IMG/VR virus record: IMGVR_UViG_3300049004_000110
Span: 1 to 43,919 of that record
Length of the DNA stretch: 43,919 nucleotides
Reading direction: 5' to 3' (one strand)
Origin: a virus
Taxonomy: Duplodnaviria; Caudoviricetes
The notes below the pieces were generated by a model, which saw nothing but the letters and a program-made list of their open reading frames with translations, was not told the DNA's origin and did not search any database. This document shows, in pieces, positions 27,584-36,471 of the stretch (its first letter is position 1; each line of letters opens with the position of its first letter). Made by a program: the position numbers and the translations under genes.

Positions 27584-28782
27584 TCTTCGGGCAAAGGTAC
27601 GAAGGCGAGATCACGCCGCGCCTGACTTTGCTGCAGGTACGTTCTAACGTGCCTTGCGTGAGCTGGTTTGGCGACATCGTTGGCAACGGCCTCCCGTAGA
27701 TAAGCCAGAGCAGCCATCGCCATTGCAGCCATGCCGGCAGCGGAGAAGTCGTCTACCAGCCGCCGCGCCATCACTAAGGCGTGACGGTGATCGTTCGACG
27801 CTAAGAGCACCTCAACGATTTCCACTCGTGCGAGTGCGGCACGAATCACGAGGCCCAACTCAAGCAGCTTGTCCGCGGCACGCGACAGCTGCGAAACGCC
27901 TTCCAATAGCTTCCCGGATGCGACGAGATTGGCACCAATCGCCGCATCGACAATCGCGACGTTGACGGGTTTGGAGAGCTGCTCATACATGTCGCGTGCT
28001 GAAGCTAGGGCAAGAGACGCGCGAGCATATTCGCCGATCTCAGTTAGCGACATTCCAGTATTTGCGACGAGCGCTGCCGCGACCTCCTGGTTCCCATCCT
28101 CGGCGGATTGTTCCGCGAGCTCTGACCACAGAATCAAAGCCTCTCGTGGACGACCACACTGATACAAAATCGCAGCTTCGATCGTCTTCGCGTTGGTCAT
28201 CTGCTGCGCATCCTCGTACTCAGCAAAAATCTGCGCAGCACGTCGAACATCGAAAAGGGCTTCGGACCCGCGACGCATCTGGATCAGAACATTCGCCTTC
28301 GTGAGAGCCAGGCGCGCTGTAGCGAAGGAGCTCGATGCATACGCATCAAAGTGGGATTCCGACGCCGCAACCGCATCTAACGCTTCCGACATTCGACCGA
28401 GTTGAGCCAGGCATTCCGCCCGCTCTCTCCACGCTTCGCCTGCGGCACCGTTGGTTAGCACCGGGCGAAGGTCGTTGTTCTTAGTTATGTGCGTGATCAC
28501 GTCAATCGCCGCCGCCACCATGTCGGCAGCTTTCTGCGGCTGCTCGTCGCGAATCTCTCGCGCGACGGCGACAACGGCCCGCGAAAATGTAAGAGTTTTC
28601 GGATCGTCATCGAACAACCATGCGTCGAAATCGCTGCTCAACAGGCGATCGATCGCGTGCTCCTCGGCAACACCAATGCCTTCCTGATCCTTTTCAACGA
28701 GCGAGATCGGCGCATCCGTCCACACGTCTCGTCTGGACAGCAAATCTACGGCTGATGGCACGGACACTGTTGAACGTTTCAT
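27568..28782 (-). CDS. Tetratricopeptide-repeat protein (no HTH seen)
   Basis: About six TPR-like units (A..L..LG...EAL....A...F spacing); start overlaps repressor stop (ATGA). Confidence 0.85.
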   Translation of the reverse strand: MKRSTVSVPSAVDLLSRRDVWTDAPISLVEKDQEGIGVAEEHAIDRLLSSDFDAWLFDDDPKTLTFSRAVVAVAREIRDEQPQKAADMVAAAIDVITHITKNNDLRPVLTNGAAGEAWRERAECLAQLGRMSEALDAVAASESHFDAYASSSFATARLALTKANVLIQMRRGSEALFDVRRAAQIFAEYEDAQQMTNAKTIEAAILYQCGRPREALILWSELAEQSAEDGNQEVAAALVANTGMSLTEIGEYARASLALASARDMYEQLSKPVNVAIVDAAIGANLVASGKLLEGVSQLSRAADKLLELGLVIRAALARVEIVEVLLASNDHRHALVMARRLVDDFSAAGMAAMAMAALAYLREAVANDVAKPAHARHVRTYLQQSQARRDLAFVPLPEEWPRP

Positions 28783-29357
28783 CTGTTTTTCCTCGGAAGT
28801 TTTGAGAATGTGATCACCCGACCAACGGCGGAATGCAGCCGTTTGCGGTTGCGAGGGAGACGAAGCGGTGAGGATTCATCCGCTGCTGACTGACTGACGC
28901 GCTCCGCCATGTCACTAAAAAATTCGAGCAACTTCTCCGGCGGAAGACTGGACACATCCGCAGCGAGCCGCTTCATGACGTCGGCAACACTCGAAGGCTC
29001 TGTTTTTTCGCGATCGACGGGACCTTCGCCGTTGAGAATTCCGGGATCTTCGCCCTTGAGGATTTTCTCCATAGCGCTAACGCCGGATCGCAGTTGACGA
29101 AGCACACGATGGGCTGAATCGACATCAATCTCGGTTTCGTTCGCAGATTTCGGCGTGGATACATGTCGCGATTGAGTCAGCGTCAGACTTCGAAGCGCAG
29201 GCAAGTGCGGCGCGAGCTTCGCCAGCGTGTCCATGCTGACGTTTTTGTTTTGCTCGATTAGCGTTATCTGCTTCCGGCTGACCTCCGAAAGTTTGGCGAG
29301 AGCAGTCACGGTTAACCGTGCCGCTAGCCGTGCGCGCCGAATGTCATCGCCCCACAT
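28779..29357 (-). CDS. XRE-family HTH phage repressor
   Basis: IRRARLAARLTVTALAKLSEVSRKQITLIEQ HTH; divergent from cro-like gene. Confidence 0.8.
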   Translation of the reverse strand: MWGDDIRRARLAARLTVTALAKLSEVSRKQITLIEQNKNVSMDTLAKLAPHLPALRSLTLTQSRHVSTPKSANETEIDVDSAHRVLRQLRSGVSAMEKILKGEDPGILNGEGPVDREKTEPSSVADVMKRLAADVSSLPPEKLLEFFSDMAERVSQSAADESSPLRLPRNRKRLHSAVGRVITFSKLPRKNR

Positions 29358-29361
29358 TGGT

Positions 29362-29379
29362 GTGTAACAAAGGTTACAC
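29362..29379. promoter_or_regulatory. Palindromic operator GTGTAAC-N4-GTTACAC
   Basis: Perfect 7-bp arms between divergent HTH genes. Confidence 0.75.
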
Positions 29380-29405
29380 CTCAAAAACGCCTCAGCGCAA
29401 GAGCA

Positions 29406-29433
29406 TTGACACCTGTGTGATACAGGGTAATAT
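29406..29433 (+). promoter_or_regulatory. Early sigma70-type promoter
   Basis: TTGACA-16 nt-TAATAT, ending 7 nt before cro ATG. Confidence 0.7.
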
Positions 29434-29440
29434 ATGACTC

Positions 29441-29698
29441 ATGCCGCGACAGACAGCCCTTGACGCGTTCCTCGCTGCGAACGAAATCACTACCTCCGAA
29501 CTCGCGCGACTAACAGGCCTCAGCCGGAAGCACGCGATTACGCTGCGGCACGGCCGCGGCAACCCGACCGAGAAAACGATGCAGCGCATCGTTTCTGCCG
29601 CCGAGCAAAAGCTGAAGCGCGCCGTCTCGATCGCTGAGGTCTTTGGTTTCGCCAGCCCTGCGGCAAGAACGTCTTCCACGAAAAGGAAGGCATCATGA
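29441..29698 (+). CDS. Cro/Ner-like HTH regulator
   Basis: ITTSELARLTGLSRKHAITLRHGRGNPT; first early gene. Confidence 0.8.
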   Translation: MPRQTALDAFLAANEITTSELARLTGLSRKHAITLRHGRGNPTEKTMQRIVSAAEQKLKRAVSIAEVFGFASPAARTSSTKRKAS

Positions 29699-30195
29699 TC
29701 CGCTTCCTCCTCGCTCTCCTTTTCAACCAATTCACCATCGCGCTTCGCCGGCGCTCTTTTGTAGGCAGCCAGTCTGACAACCGTCAGGTTCGGACCATGG
29801 GGAAGGGTCGGCAGGGCGTCGGCGGCGCGATGGTGGAGATGCCGGCGGTTCCGTTTGCGCCGATCCAATGCAACGTGTGCTGGGGAACGCCGAATCGCGG
29901 GTCTTTCCGGCGCATCGTGGCCACGACGAAGCTCGAACGATTTCTCCAAACGCACCAGTGGCGCATACCCACGATTCTCCACGCGTGCGACCACATACAG
30001 GAGCGCTACGGATTCGAGCAGATCGACACGGCGCAATTGCTGGAGATCCGCAAAGGGAACCACGCTGCCACCGCCGCACAGCAGCAGCTCATCGCGCTCG
30101 CGGTTAGCAACCTTCTGGGCGAGATCGTTCCACCGTCGATGCTGTTCGACGACGCCACAGTCGTTGAGTTTTCAGACGCGCGGAGACAGGCATGA
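29695..30195 (+). CDS. Hypothetical protein, possible HTH C-terminus
   Basis: ATGA coupling both sides; AGGAAGG RBS. Confidence 0.6.
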   Translation: MIRFLLALLFNQFTIALRRRSFVGSQSDNRQVRTMGKGRQGVGGAMVEMPAVPFAPIQCNVCWGTPNRGSFRRIVATTKLERFLQTHQWRIPTILHACDHIQERYGFEQIDTAQLLEIRKGNHAATAAQQQLIALAVSNLLGEIVPPSMLFDDATVVEFSDARRQA

Positions 30196-30365
30196 ACCTG
30201 CTCGAAATCGCGCTCGATCTCATCGTTCAGGACGTCTCCGAGTTGCCCGATCGATCGAGTCCTGACGACTGGCCGGAGGCGATGCTCGTGACGTCCGACG
30301 AACTGCGTCGAATCATCACCGCGCGCATCGAACAAGTGCTCTGTGATCACGGAGACAAGCGATGA
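30192..30365 (+). CDS. Small acidic hypothetical protein (57 aa)
   Basis: Read by hand: MNLLEIALDLIVQDVSELPDRSSPDDWPEAMLVT...; ATGA coupling both sides. Confidence 0.65.
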   Translation: MNLLEIALDLIVQDVSELPDRSSPDDWPEAMLVTSDELRRIITARIEQVLCDHGDKR

Positions 30366-30562
30366 CGACGGACGCGCATCGCATGACCGTCGACATCGCC
30401 GCGTGCGTTCGCTGCGGCGGCGATCACGAATCAATCCACTACCTCAAGCGCACCAAGCCTCTTCAGGTCGGCGAGCTGCTCTTCTTCCTATGGACGACGT
30501 GCCCCACAGCCGATGAAGTGATCCACCTGCGGATCCGCGACACGGAGGTCACGCAGGCATGA
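30362..30562 (+). CDS. Small putative Zn-binding protein
   Basis: CVRCGGDH...WTTCP. Confidence 0.65.
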   Translation: MTTDAHRMTVDIAACVRCGGDHESIHYLKRTKPLQVGELLFFLWTTCPTADEVIHLRIRDTEVTQA

Positions 30563-30750
30563 CAATCGACGAGCTCACCGGATGTGCGCGCTGCGGCCTG
30601 ACCCACACGCACGTTGAATTCCGTCGCCTCACTAATCCCATTGTTGTCGCCGAGATTGGCGAGTTCGAATGGTGGGCGCCGTGTCCCAATAACGGCGAGC
30701 CGATCCTCTTAGGCGTAATCGCGAATCTGCACGATGGAGATCAGGCGTGA
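30559..30750 (+). CDS. Small putative Zn-binding protein, paralogue of previous
   Basis: CARCGLTH...WAPCP. Confidence 0.65.
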   Translation: MTIDELTGCARCGLTHTHVEFRRLTNPIVVAEIGEFEWWAPCPNNGEPILLGVIANLHDGDQA

Positions 30751-33053
30751 GCGAATTCGCCCATCCGCCGATCCCGATCGATCCACTGCCGGTGGACGTG
30801 GTCGCGTCTCTCATGAAGATCGACCCTCGGTCGGTGCGGCGCCTGGCGGCGCGCGGCGAGCTGCAGGTGGCCAGCCGTCAGGTACGCGGCCGCAACGCCA
30901 ACGCTCTTCTCATCGAATTCACTTCGATTCCTGCCGCGCCGCAGGCGGCATACATCAGCGCCCATCCGGAGCTCCTGGCTTCGATCACCGCGACGACGAC
31001 AACGTCCGCGCGCGAAGAGAAGTTCACGCGCGCAACGGACCGGGTTCGTGCCAGCGCGCTGGCACGTGAGGAGGCGGTCATCGCCTGGCGCGCCTTCCTG
31101 CGCGGCGGCAGCCGGTCGGAAGCGGATCAGCAGGGCTTCGTCGACGCGAACCGCGAGACATTCCGGATCGTTGCCGCCGATCGCGACGAGCCGCTCAGCA
31201 TCTCCACGCGCTCGCTCAAGCGCTGGACGACCGCCTACAAACAGCAGGGCCGCGATGGACTGGTCGACGGCCGCGACGGCTCGCACCTCAAAGGGCGCTA
31301 CAGCTTCTCCGAAGACGTCCGGATCCGCGCGGAGGCGCTGTATCTGCGCTACCCGCGGCGGACCATCGCGCAGTGCTATCGCATTCTCCAGGACGAGGCA
31401 AAGCAGGAGGGGTGGAAACTCCCGAACTACCGCGCGATCTACAACCACCTCACCGGCCTCGCGCCGGCGCGCGTCCGCTACCACCGTTATCCGGAGACGC
31501 GCCACAAGGACATCCGCCCCTTCGTCATCGGCGACTACGAGTCGGTCCAGGTGATGGAGATGATCGAGAGCGATCACCATCAGATCGACGTCCCGGTCAA
31601 TTGCGAGTCGCCGATGTGCGATGTGTCGCACTTCCCCTGGCTGACGGTCTGGTACGACGTCCGCTCGCGCAAGGTGCTCGACCTCGAGCTGTACGTTGAT
31701 CCGCCCAACAGCACGCACATCATGCAGTCGCTGCACAGGGTGTGGCTGCGGTACGGGCTCAATAAGTACAGCCACATCGACAACGGCGCCGACTACGTCC
31801 GCGGGCTCGGCAAGTGGGGATGGAAGCACTACGAGGTCGGCCGCCGCGGCGCGAAGCTGCAGGAGTGCGCCGGCTTCGATCCCGAGTCGGTGAACCGCGT
31901 CGTAGGTCCGTTCGGTGTCGAAGCGATCTTCTCGATTCCGGGCGAGCCGCAGGGAAAGATCGTCGAGCGCTGGTTCAACACCCTCGGGATCCAGCTCTAC
32001 CCCGAGTTCGAGGCGTACCGCGGCAAGCTCGGCGAGCGGAGCGATCGCGCGGAGTACTTGCGCAAGCATCCAGCCGAGTGCCCGACGCTGATGGAGATGC
32101 GCAACGCGCTCGAAACGACGGTCGCGGCGTATCACGCGCGCCCGCACCGCGGCCGCGGCATGGACGGCCGCTCACCGAATGAGGTCTTCGAGGACCCCTC
32201 GATCCGCTTCCCGCGGCAGGATCCCGACGCGGCGGCGCTGGCCTATGCCTTCTGGCACGAGAAGGTCGGCGCGCAGGTCGGCCGCAACGGCATCGTCTTC
32301 CAGAAGCGCACGTACCGGCTCGAAGCGAGGCTGCACGCGGAGTACTTGCTGCAGAAGGTCGTCATCCGCTGGCACGAAGAGAAGCCGGAGATCGTCGTCG
32401 TATGCGACGCGATGGGCCGCTTCCTCGGCGTCGCAGCGGACGTGAGCTCGTCGGCCGCGGCGCCGAAAGGCCGCTCGCCGAAAGTCGGTGAGGCGATCGC
32501 CGTTCGCAATACCTTCTGGAACGAAGTCAAAGGCCAGTGGGACGCGCTGCACCCACGGATGCAGAAGCGGCTGGCCGGCGTCGACGCCAGCGAGTACGAG
32601 CGTCTCATCGCGAAGACAGACGCGATGGCCACGCCGGCGCCGATCGCCGTCGACGCCGCCGGCGGCTCGGTGACCGTCGTCGATCGCCATCTGTCATCAC
32701 TCGCGCGCCAGGTCATCGAAGCCGAAGCGCGCATTGGAAATCCCTACGGTCTCTCCGCTGCCGACCTTGCCCTCACCAGACTCGATCCCAGTGAACTGGT
32801 TTCCGCAGACATCCTCCGAGAGCGCCACACGCGCGAGTCGTCCCTCCTTCAATACGCAAGGGTCGGCAGCGAGGAGACCGAAGAGGACCGCCGCTACGTC
32901 GCCGAGGAGCTGAGCGCGGCCGCGCTGCGCCAGCTCAAAGCAACACGCGACGAAAACGGGATGTGCGTCTACGACGTCGAGTGCCCGAAGCCGGGCGACT
33001 ACGACCGCGAGATGTGTCTCGACCACTACCAACAAGTGTTCGGCGCGAGCTGA
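30747..33053 (+). CDS. Mu-type DDE transposase (MuA)
   Basis: N-terminal HTH; ESDHH, HIDNG, GKIVERWF catalytic motifs; YH.RPH.G..GRSP; C-terminal beta domain. Confidence 0.95.
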   Translation: MSEFAHPPIPIDPLPVDVVASLMKIDPRSVRRLAARGELQVASRQVRGRNANALLIEFTSIPAAPQAAYISAHPELLASITATTTTSAREEKFTRATDRVRASALAREEAVIAWRAFLRGGSRSEADQQGFVDANRETFRIVAADRDEPLSISTRSLKRWTTAYKQQGRDGLVDGRDGSHLKGRYSFSEDVRIRAEALYLRYPRRTIAQCYRILQDEAKQEGWKLPNYRAIYNHLTGLAPARVRYHRYPETRHKDIRPFVIGDYESVQVMEMIESDHHQIDVPVNCESPMCDVSHFPWLTVWYDVRSRKVLDLELYVDPPNSTHIMQSLHRVWLRYGLNKYSHIDNGADYVRGLGKWGWKHYEVGRRGAKLQECAGFDPESVNRVVGPFGVEAIFSIPGEPQGKIVERWFNTLGIQLYPEFEAYRGKLGERSDRAEYLRKHPAECPTLMEMRNALETTVAAYHARPHRGRGMDGRSPNEVFEDPSIRFPRQDPDAAALAYAFWHEKVGAQVGRNGIVFQKRTYRLEARLHAEYLLQKVVIRWHEEKPEIVVVCDAMGRFLGVAADVSSSAAAPKGRSPKVGEAIAVRNTFWNEVKGQWDALHPRMQKRLAGVDASEYERLIAKTDAMATPAPIAVDAAGGSVTVVDRHLSSLARQVIEAEARIGNPYGLSAADLALTRLDPSELVSADILRERHTRESSLLQYARVGSEETEEDRRYVAEELSAAALRQLKATRDENGMCVYDVECPKPGDYDREMCLDHYQQVFGAS

Positions 33054-33082
33054 GGCTCGCCGCCGCAGAAAGGACCAAACGA

Positions 33083-34090
33083 ATGACAGTTACCGATTTC
33101 GTAGGAAAACAAAAAGCCTCCCCGGCGCACACCGGAGAGGCAGTGGATTCCGCGGTCATCGAGCTGACGAGGCGTCGGCTTCAGGACCACAAAGACATCC
33201 GAGGATACTCGGAAATGGAGCTCGGTGCCAACGTCTCCAAGCGCACCGGCGAGGCAGTCGCTGGATCGACCATCGGCCTCTACCTGCGCGGCAAATACAC
33301 CGGCGACAACGGCGAGCTCACACGCAAGATCGTTCTCTACCTCGACGATGAAGAGCAGCGCCTGGCCATCGGCGGACCGGTGCCATTCGTGCGGACCTCG
33401 GTCGCGCGAGAGATCGAACGGGCCGTACTGATCGCGGAGAAGACCGGCATGATCGCCATCCTCTCGCTCGCGGCCGGCTTCGGCAAAACGACGACGATCC
33501 GGCAGCTCCTTACGGATCGCAACGCCATCTACATCCCGAGCACGATGGAGCTCAACGCGCCCTTCATGATGATGATGGAGCTGGCGTTCCGGTTGGGAGC
33601 GGTGTCCGGTCCCGGAAAACGCACCGCGCCGCCCGTCCGCGAAATCGTGCGGATGCTCATCCGCCGCAATCGTCCGACGATCTTCTTCGACGAGGGGCAG
33701 ACGCTCGACCTGCCGCGCATCGACAACCTGCGCCGCATCGCCGACCAGGCGCAGTGCGCCCTCGTCCTCAGCGGCAACGAGCAGGTCTACGAAAGGGCGG
33801 AAAGCGCGTCGGCCGCTCACGCTCAATACACCTCTCGCGTGATCGCCCGGGTTCACCTGGGCGCGGAGAGAATGAAGCAGGCCGACGTCCGGCTGATCGC
33901 CTCTCAAATCGTCGACAAGGAAGCGGTCGACGCGTCGATCGATCTGCTCCACAACGCGGGAAAGCGCGAGGGAACGTTTCGGACGGTGCGGGGGATCCTC
34001 GAAGTCGCGAAGATCCTCTTCGAAACCTCATCCCCATCGCGCGACCACGTGCTCAAGGCGATGGCGTATGTGAAGGGCGGTGCAGCGTGA
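33083..34090 (+). CDS. MuB-like AAA+ transposition ATPase
   Basis: AGFGKT Walker A, IFFDEGQ Walker B, LVLSGN; follows MuA. Confidence 0.92.
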   Translation: MTVTDFVGKQKASPAHTGEAVDSAVIELTRRRLQDHKDIRGYSEMELGANVSKRTGEAVAGSTIGLYLRGKYTGDNGELTRKIVLYLDDEEQRLAIGGPVPFVRTSVAREIERAVLIAEKTGMIAILSLAAGFGKTTTIRQLLTDRNAIYIPSTMELNAPFMMMMELAFRLGAVSGPGKRTAPPVREIVRMLIRRNRPTIFFDEGQTLDLPRIDNLRRIADQAQCALVLSGNEQVYERAESASAAHAQYTSRVIARVHLGAERMKQADVRLIASQIVDKEAVDASIDLLHNAGKREGTFRTVRGILEVAKILFETSSPSRDHVLKAMAYVKGGAA

Positions 34091-34452
34091 ACCCGCGTCA
34101 CGAAGCCGTCGCGCGGCAGCTCGCTAATGACCGCGAGGCTCTCTTCACAGCGCGCTCCGAGCTGCAGCAGCACATGAGCGAGTGCGCGACTTGCGTAAGC
34201 GACGACGACGGTCCCATTTGTTCGATCGGACGGGAACTCCTCAACGCCGCCGACACCGCTGCAGCTGCGGTCAGGGTGATGGGACAAAAACTCCCTGCCG
34301 ATGTGGAAGGCATCTGCCGCGAGTGCGGCTGCACCGATGAGCGAGCGTGCAATCCGCCGTGCGTCTGGGTGGACGAGACCCACACGCTTTGCTCCGCTTG
34401 CCCCCCCCACTACAGCTTGACGGAGGTCGGCCATGACGCCCTCCGCGCATAA
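34087..34452 (+). CDS. Cys-rich zinc-finger protein
   Basis: CRECGCTDERAC..PCVWV....LCSAC. Confidence 0.7.
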   Translation: MNPRHEAVARQLANDREALFTARSELQQHMSECATCVSDDDGPICSIGRELLNAADTAAAAVRVMGQKLPADVEGICRECGCTDERACNPPCVWVDETHTLCSACPPHYSLTEVGHDALRA

Positions 34453-34729
34453 AACGGCCAGCAAGGCGGCGGTGAGCAAGCCGATCGCCGCGATCGTGAT
34501 TCCGTTCGACGACACCGAGCACCTGCCGGCCGACATCGAGATCCAGTTCCTCGACGGCGCGCGGATGAAGGTTGAGTCGATCAGCCAGATCCCCTCGACG
34601 CTCTATCCGGACGTGACTGTGTTCCGCGGCCGCTTCGGCTCTCCGGGCGAAGAGTTCGTCATCGACATCACGGTCGCCAACTCCGTTCTCGACCGCATCA
34701 GCCGGCGCAGGGGAGGCGATCATGTTTGA
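34433..34729 (+). CDS. Hypothetical protein
   Basis: GGAGG RBS, operon continuity. Confidence 0.6.
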   Translation: MTPSAHKTASKAAVSKPIAAIVIPFDDTEHLPADIEIQFLDGARMKVESISQIPSTLYPDVTVFRGRFGSPGEEFVIDITVANSVLDRISRRRGGDHV

Positions 34730-35459
34730 GAGTCTGCTCTCAAGAGTGCCCGTTTCCGAGCGAGACGCGCTGGCCACGTCGCTGCGCGAAATGACAGTGG
34801 CGCGCGACGAGATGGCGCGGCGGAACGCGTCTGCTGTCGAAGAGGGCGCCGCGCTCGCGCTCAAGCTCGCCGACCTGCAGGCGCGCTACGACAACCTCGC
34901 CGCCGAATACGAGGCTGACATCCGGAAGTGGAACGCCGAGGCGGTCGAACACAAGAAGTTGGAGATCGCGATCGGCACGCTCGCCGAGCAGCTCGAGTCG
35001 GCAAACGACACGATCGCTGAGCTGCAGAGGCAGCGGCCGCAGACGTCGATGCGCCTGGTCCCGAGCGAGCAATCAAACGCCGCTGGCGAGACCGAGACGT
35101 CGCCAGAGAGCAGCGACGACGAGGTCCTCGTCGATCCGCACTCGGTGGAGATGGTGTGCCGCCTTGTCGGCTTGTTCTTCGAGGGCCGCACGCACTGGGT
35201 GCTCAGCCTCGGCGATCACACGTTCAAGGTTCCCATTCACGACGAGGCTTTCCTCGAAGAAGTCCGCTCCCACCAGCGCACCTTCGGCGCCGGCGACGTG
35301 ATCCGCGCGCGATTCAACGAAACGACCTTCCGCCGCAGGAGGGACAACGAACCCTACGTGAAGCGGACGCTCGAAGAAGTGATCGAGGTGATCCCGCCCG
35401 CGCCATCAACCACACAACCGATGTTCGCCGACGCGCCAGGCGCGGCGGAAAGGAGCTGA
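34722..35459 (+). CDS. Coiled-coil hypothetical protein with beta-rich C-terminal domain
   Basis: GGGAGG RBS; heptad region then IHDEAFL..V.....FGAGDVI. Confidence 0.65.
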   Translation: MFESLLSRVPVSERDALATSLREMTVARDEMARRNASAVEEGAALALKLADLQARYDNLAAEYEADIRKWNAEAVEHKKLEIAIGTLAEQLESANDTIAELQRQRPQTSMRLVPSEQSNAAGETETSPESSDDEVLVDPHSVEMVCRLVGLFFEGRTHWVLSLGDHTFKVPIHDEAFLEEVRSHQRTFGAGDVIRARFNETTFRRRRDNEPYVKRTLEEVIEVIPPAPSTTQPMFADAPGAAERS

Positions 35460-35462
35460 CCC

Positions 35463-35990
35463 ATGAAACGCAGATTTGACGTCCTCTGTATCGCAATCAC
35501 AATCCTCACCCTCGCTTTCGGCAGCGCGGTCGCTACGGCCGCGGTCAGAAAACAGGCCTGCTTCATTCCGTTCGAATGGTGCCAGACCGGCTGTCCCGAG
35601 ATCGGGCAGTACTCGATCGAGTCGTTCGCGTCGACCACCGACGCGCAGGCGTTCATCGCCACGCTCACGCCGCTGCAGCAGGAGACGGTCCGGCAGACGT
35701 CATTCGCTGCCTTCGGCAAGCACGTGGTGGTGGCGTACCGGGTCCTGGCCGGCGCTGCGCCGCACGCCTCGGCGCCGATCGGCACCGGCAGCTGCCAGCC
35801 GCAGTCGAGCGTGACGCTGCGGACCTACGTAGCGATTGAAACCGCGGCGGTCGAAGCCGATCACCTCTCGCTTGATCAGCGCGGCGCGATCGCGCTCTTC
35901 AGCGTCCTTCCCGTCTTCACCAACGATCCGAACACGCGAGCGATCCTGCTCGTGCGCCAGGAGGCCGACCATGGCGACACTGATCAGTGA
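35463..35990 (+). CDS. Secreted hypothetical protein
   Basis: AAGGAG RBS; N-terminal signal peptide. Confidence 0.65.
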   Translation: MKRRFDVLCIAITILTLAFGSAVATAAVRKQACFIPFEWCQTGCPEIGQYSIESFASTTDAQAFIATLTPLQQETVRQTSFAAFGKHVVVAYRVLAGAAPHASAPIGTGSCQPQSSVTLRTYVAIETAAVEADHLSLDQRGAIALFSVLPVFTNDPNTRAILLVRQEADHGDTDQ

Positions 35991-36261
35991 ATTCACGGCC
36001 AGCGAGCGGCGGTCACTCGCGATTGTCGCGATGTCGATCGACGACATCGCACCCGAGTTCCGCGCAGACGCACTCCTCTTGATCGAGAAATTGTCCTCGA
36101 TGGATGAAGTGTCGCTGGCCGCCCTTGCTGACGCTACCGAAGCAGTCACGCTCGAGCGACGTGCCAAAGACCTCATCTCGTATCTGCGGAGCGAGCGGCC
36201 TCTCATCGAACTGCAATCCGAAATCTTGAAAGCGATCGACGACGACCCGCTGCCGATGTAG
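35971..36261 (+). CDS. Hypothetical protein
   Basis: AGGAGG RBS before ATG 35971. Confidence 0.6.
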   Translation: MATLISEFTASERRSLAIVAMSIDDIAPEFRADALLLIEKLSSMDEVSLAALADATEAVTLERRAKDLISYLRSERPLIELQSEILKAIDDDPLPM

Positions 36262-36398
36262 CCGCCTGCGTCTGCGCCGCGGCTGAAGAAGGTCAGCGGC
36301 GCAGAGCGGAGGCGGTTCGTCTGCGCTGTGTTGCGCGGGAGTGAGGGGTGGCGGGGGAGCGTGGGTGCGGTGCGGCCCGCGCGACACAGCGGAGGCGA
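36261..36398 (+). ncRNA. Two long adjacent hairpins with G-rich loop
   Basis: TCTGCGCCGC/GCGGCGCAGA and GCTGTGTTGCGCGGG/CCCGCGCGACACAGC. Confidence 0.5.
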
Positions 36399-36471
36399 TC
36401 AGAACCTCTGCGCTTGACTAAAGCAATTTCAACTTTTTCAACAACGGAATGAACGGGAGGGAGTGAGTTTC

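Noticed and set aside
27198-27686. 162-aa minus ORF and 64-aa plus ORF (27276-27470)
   Set aside because: No RBS and poor composition; the 58-aa ORF with AGGAGG and a signal peptide explains the region better
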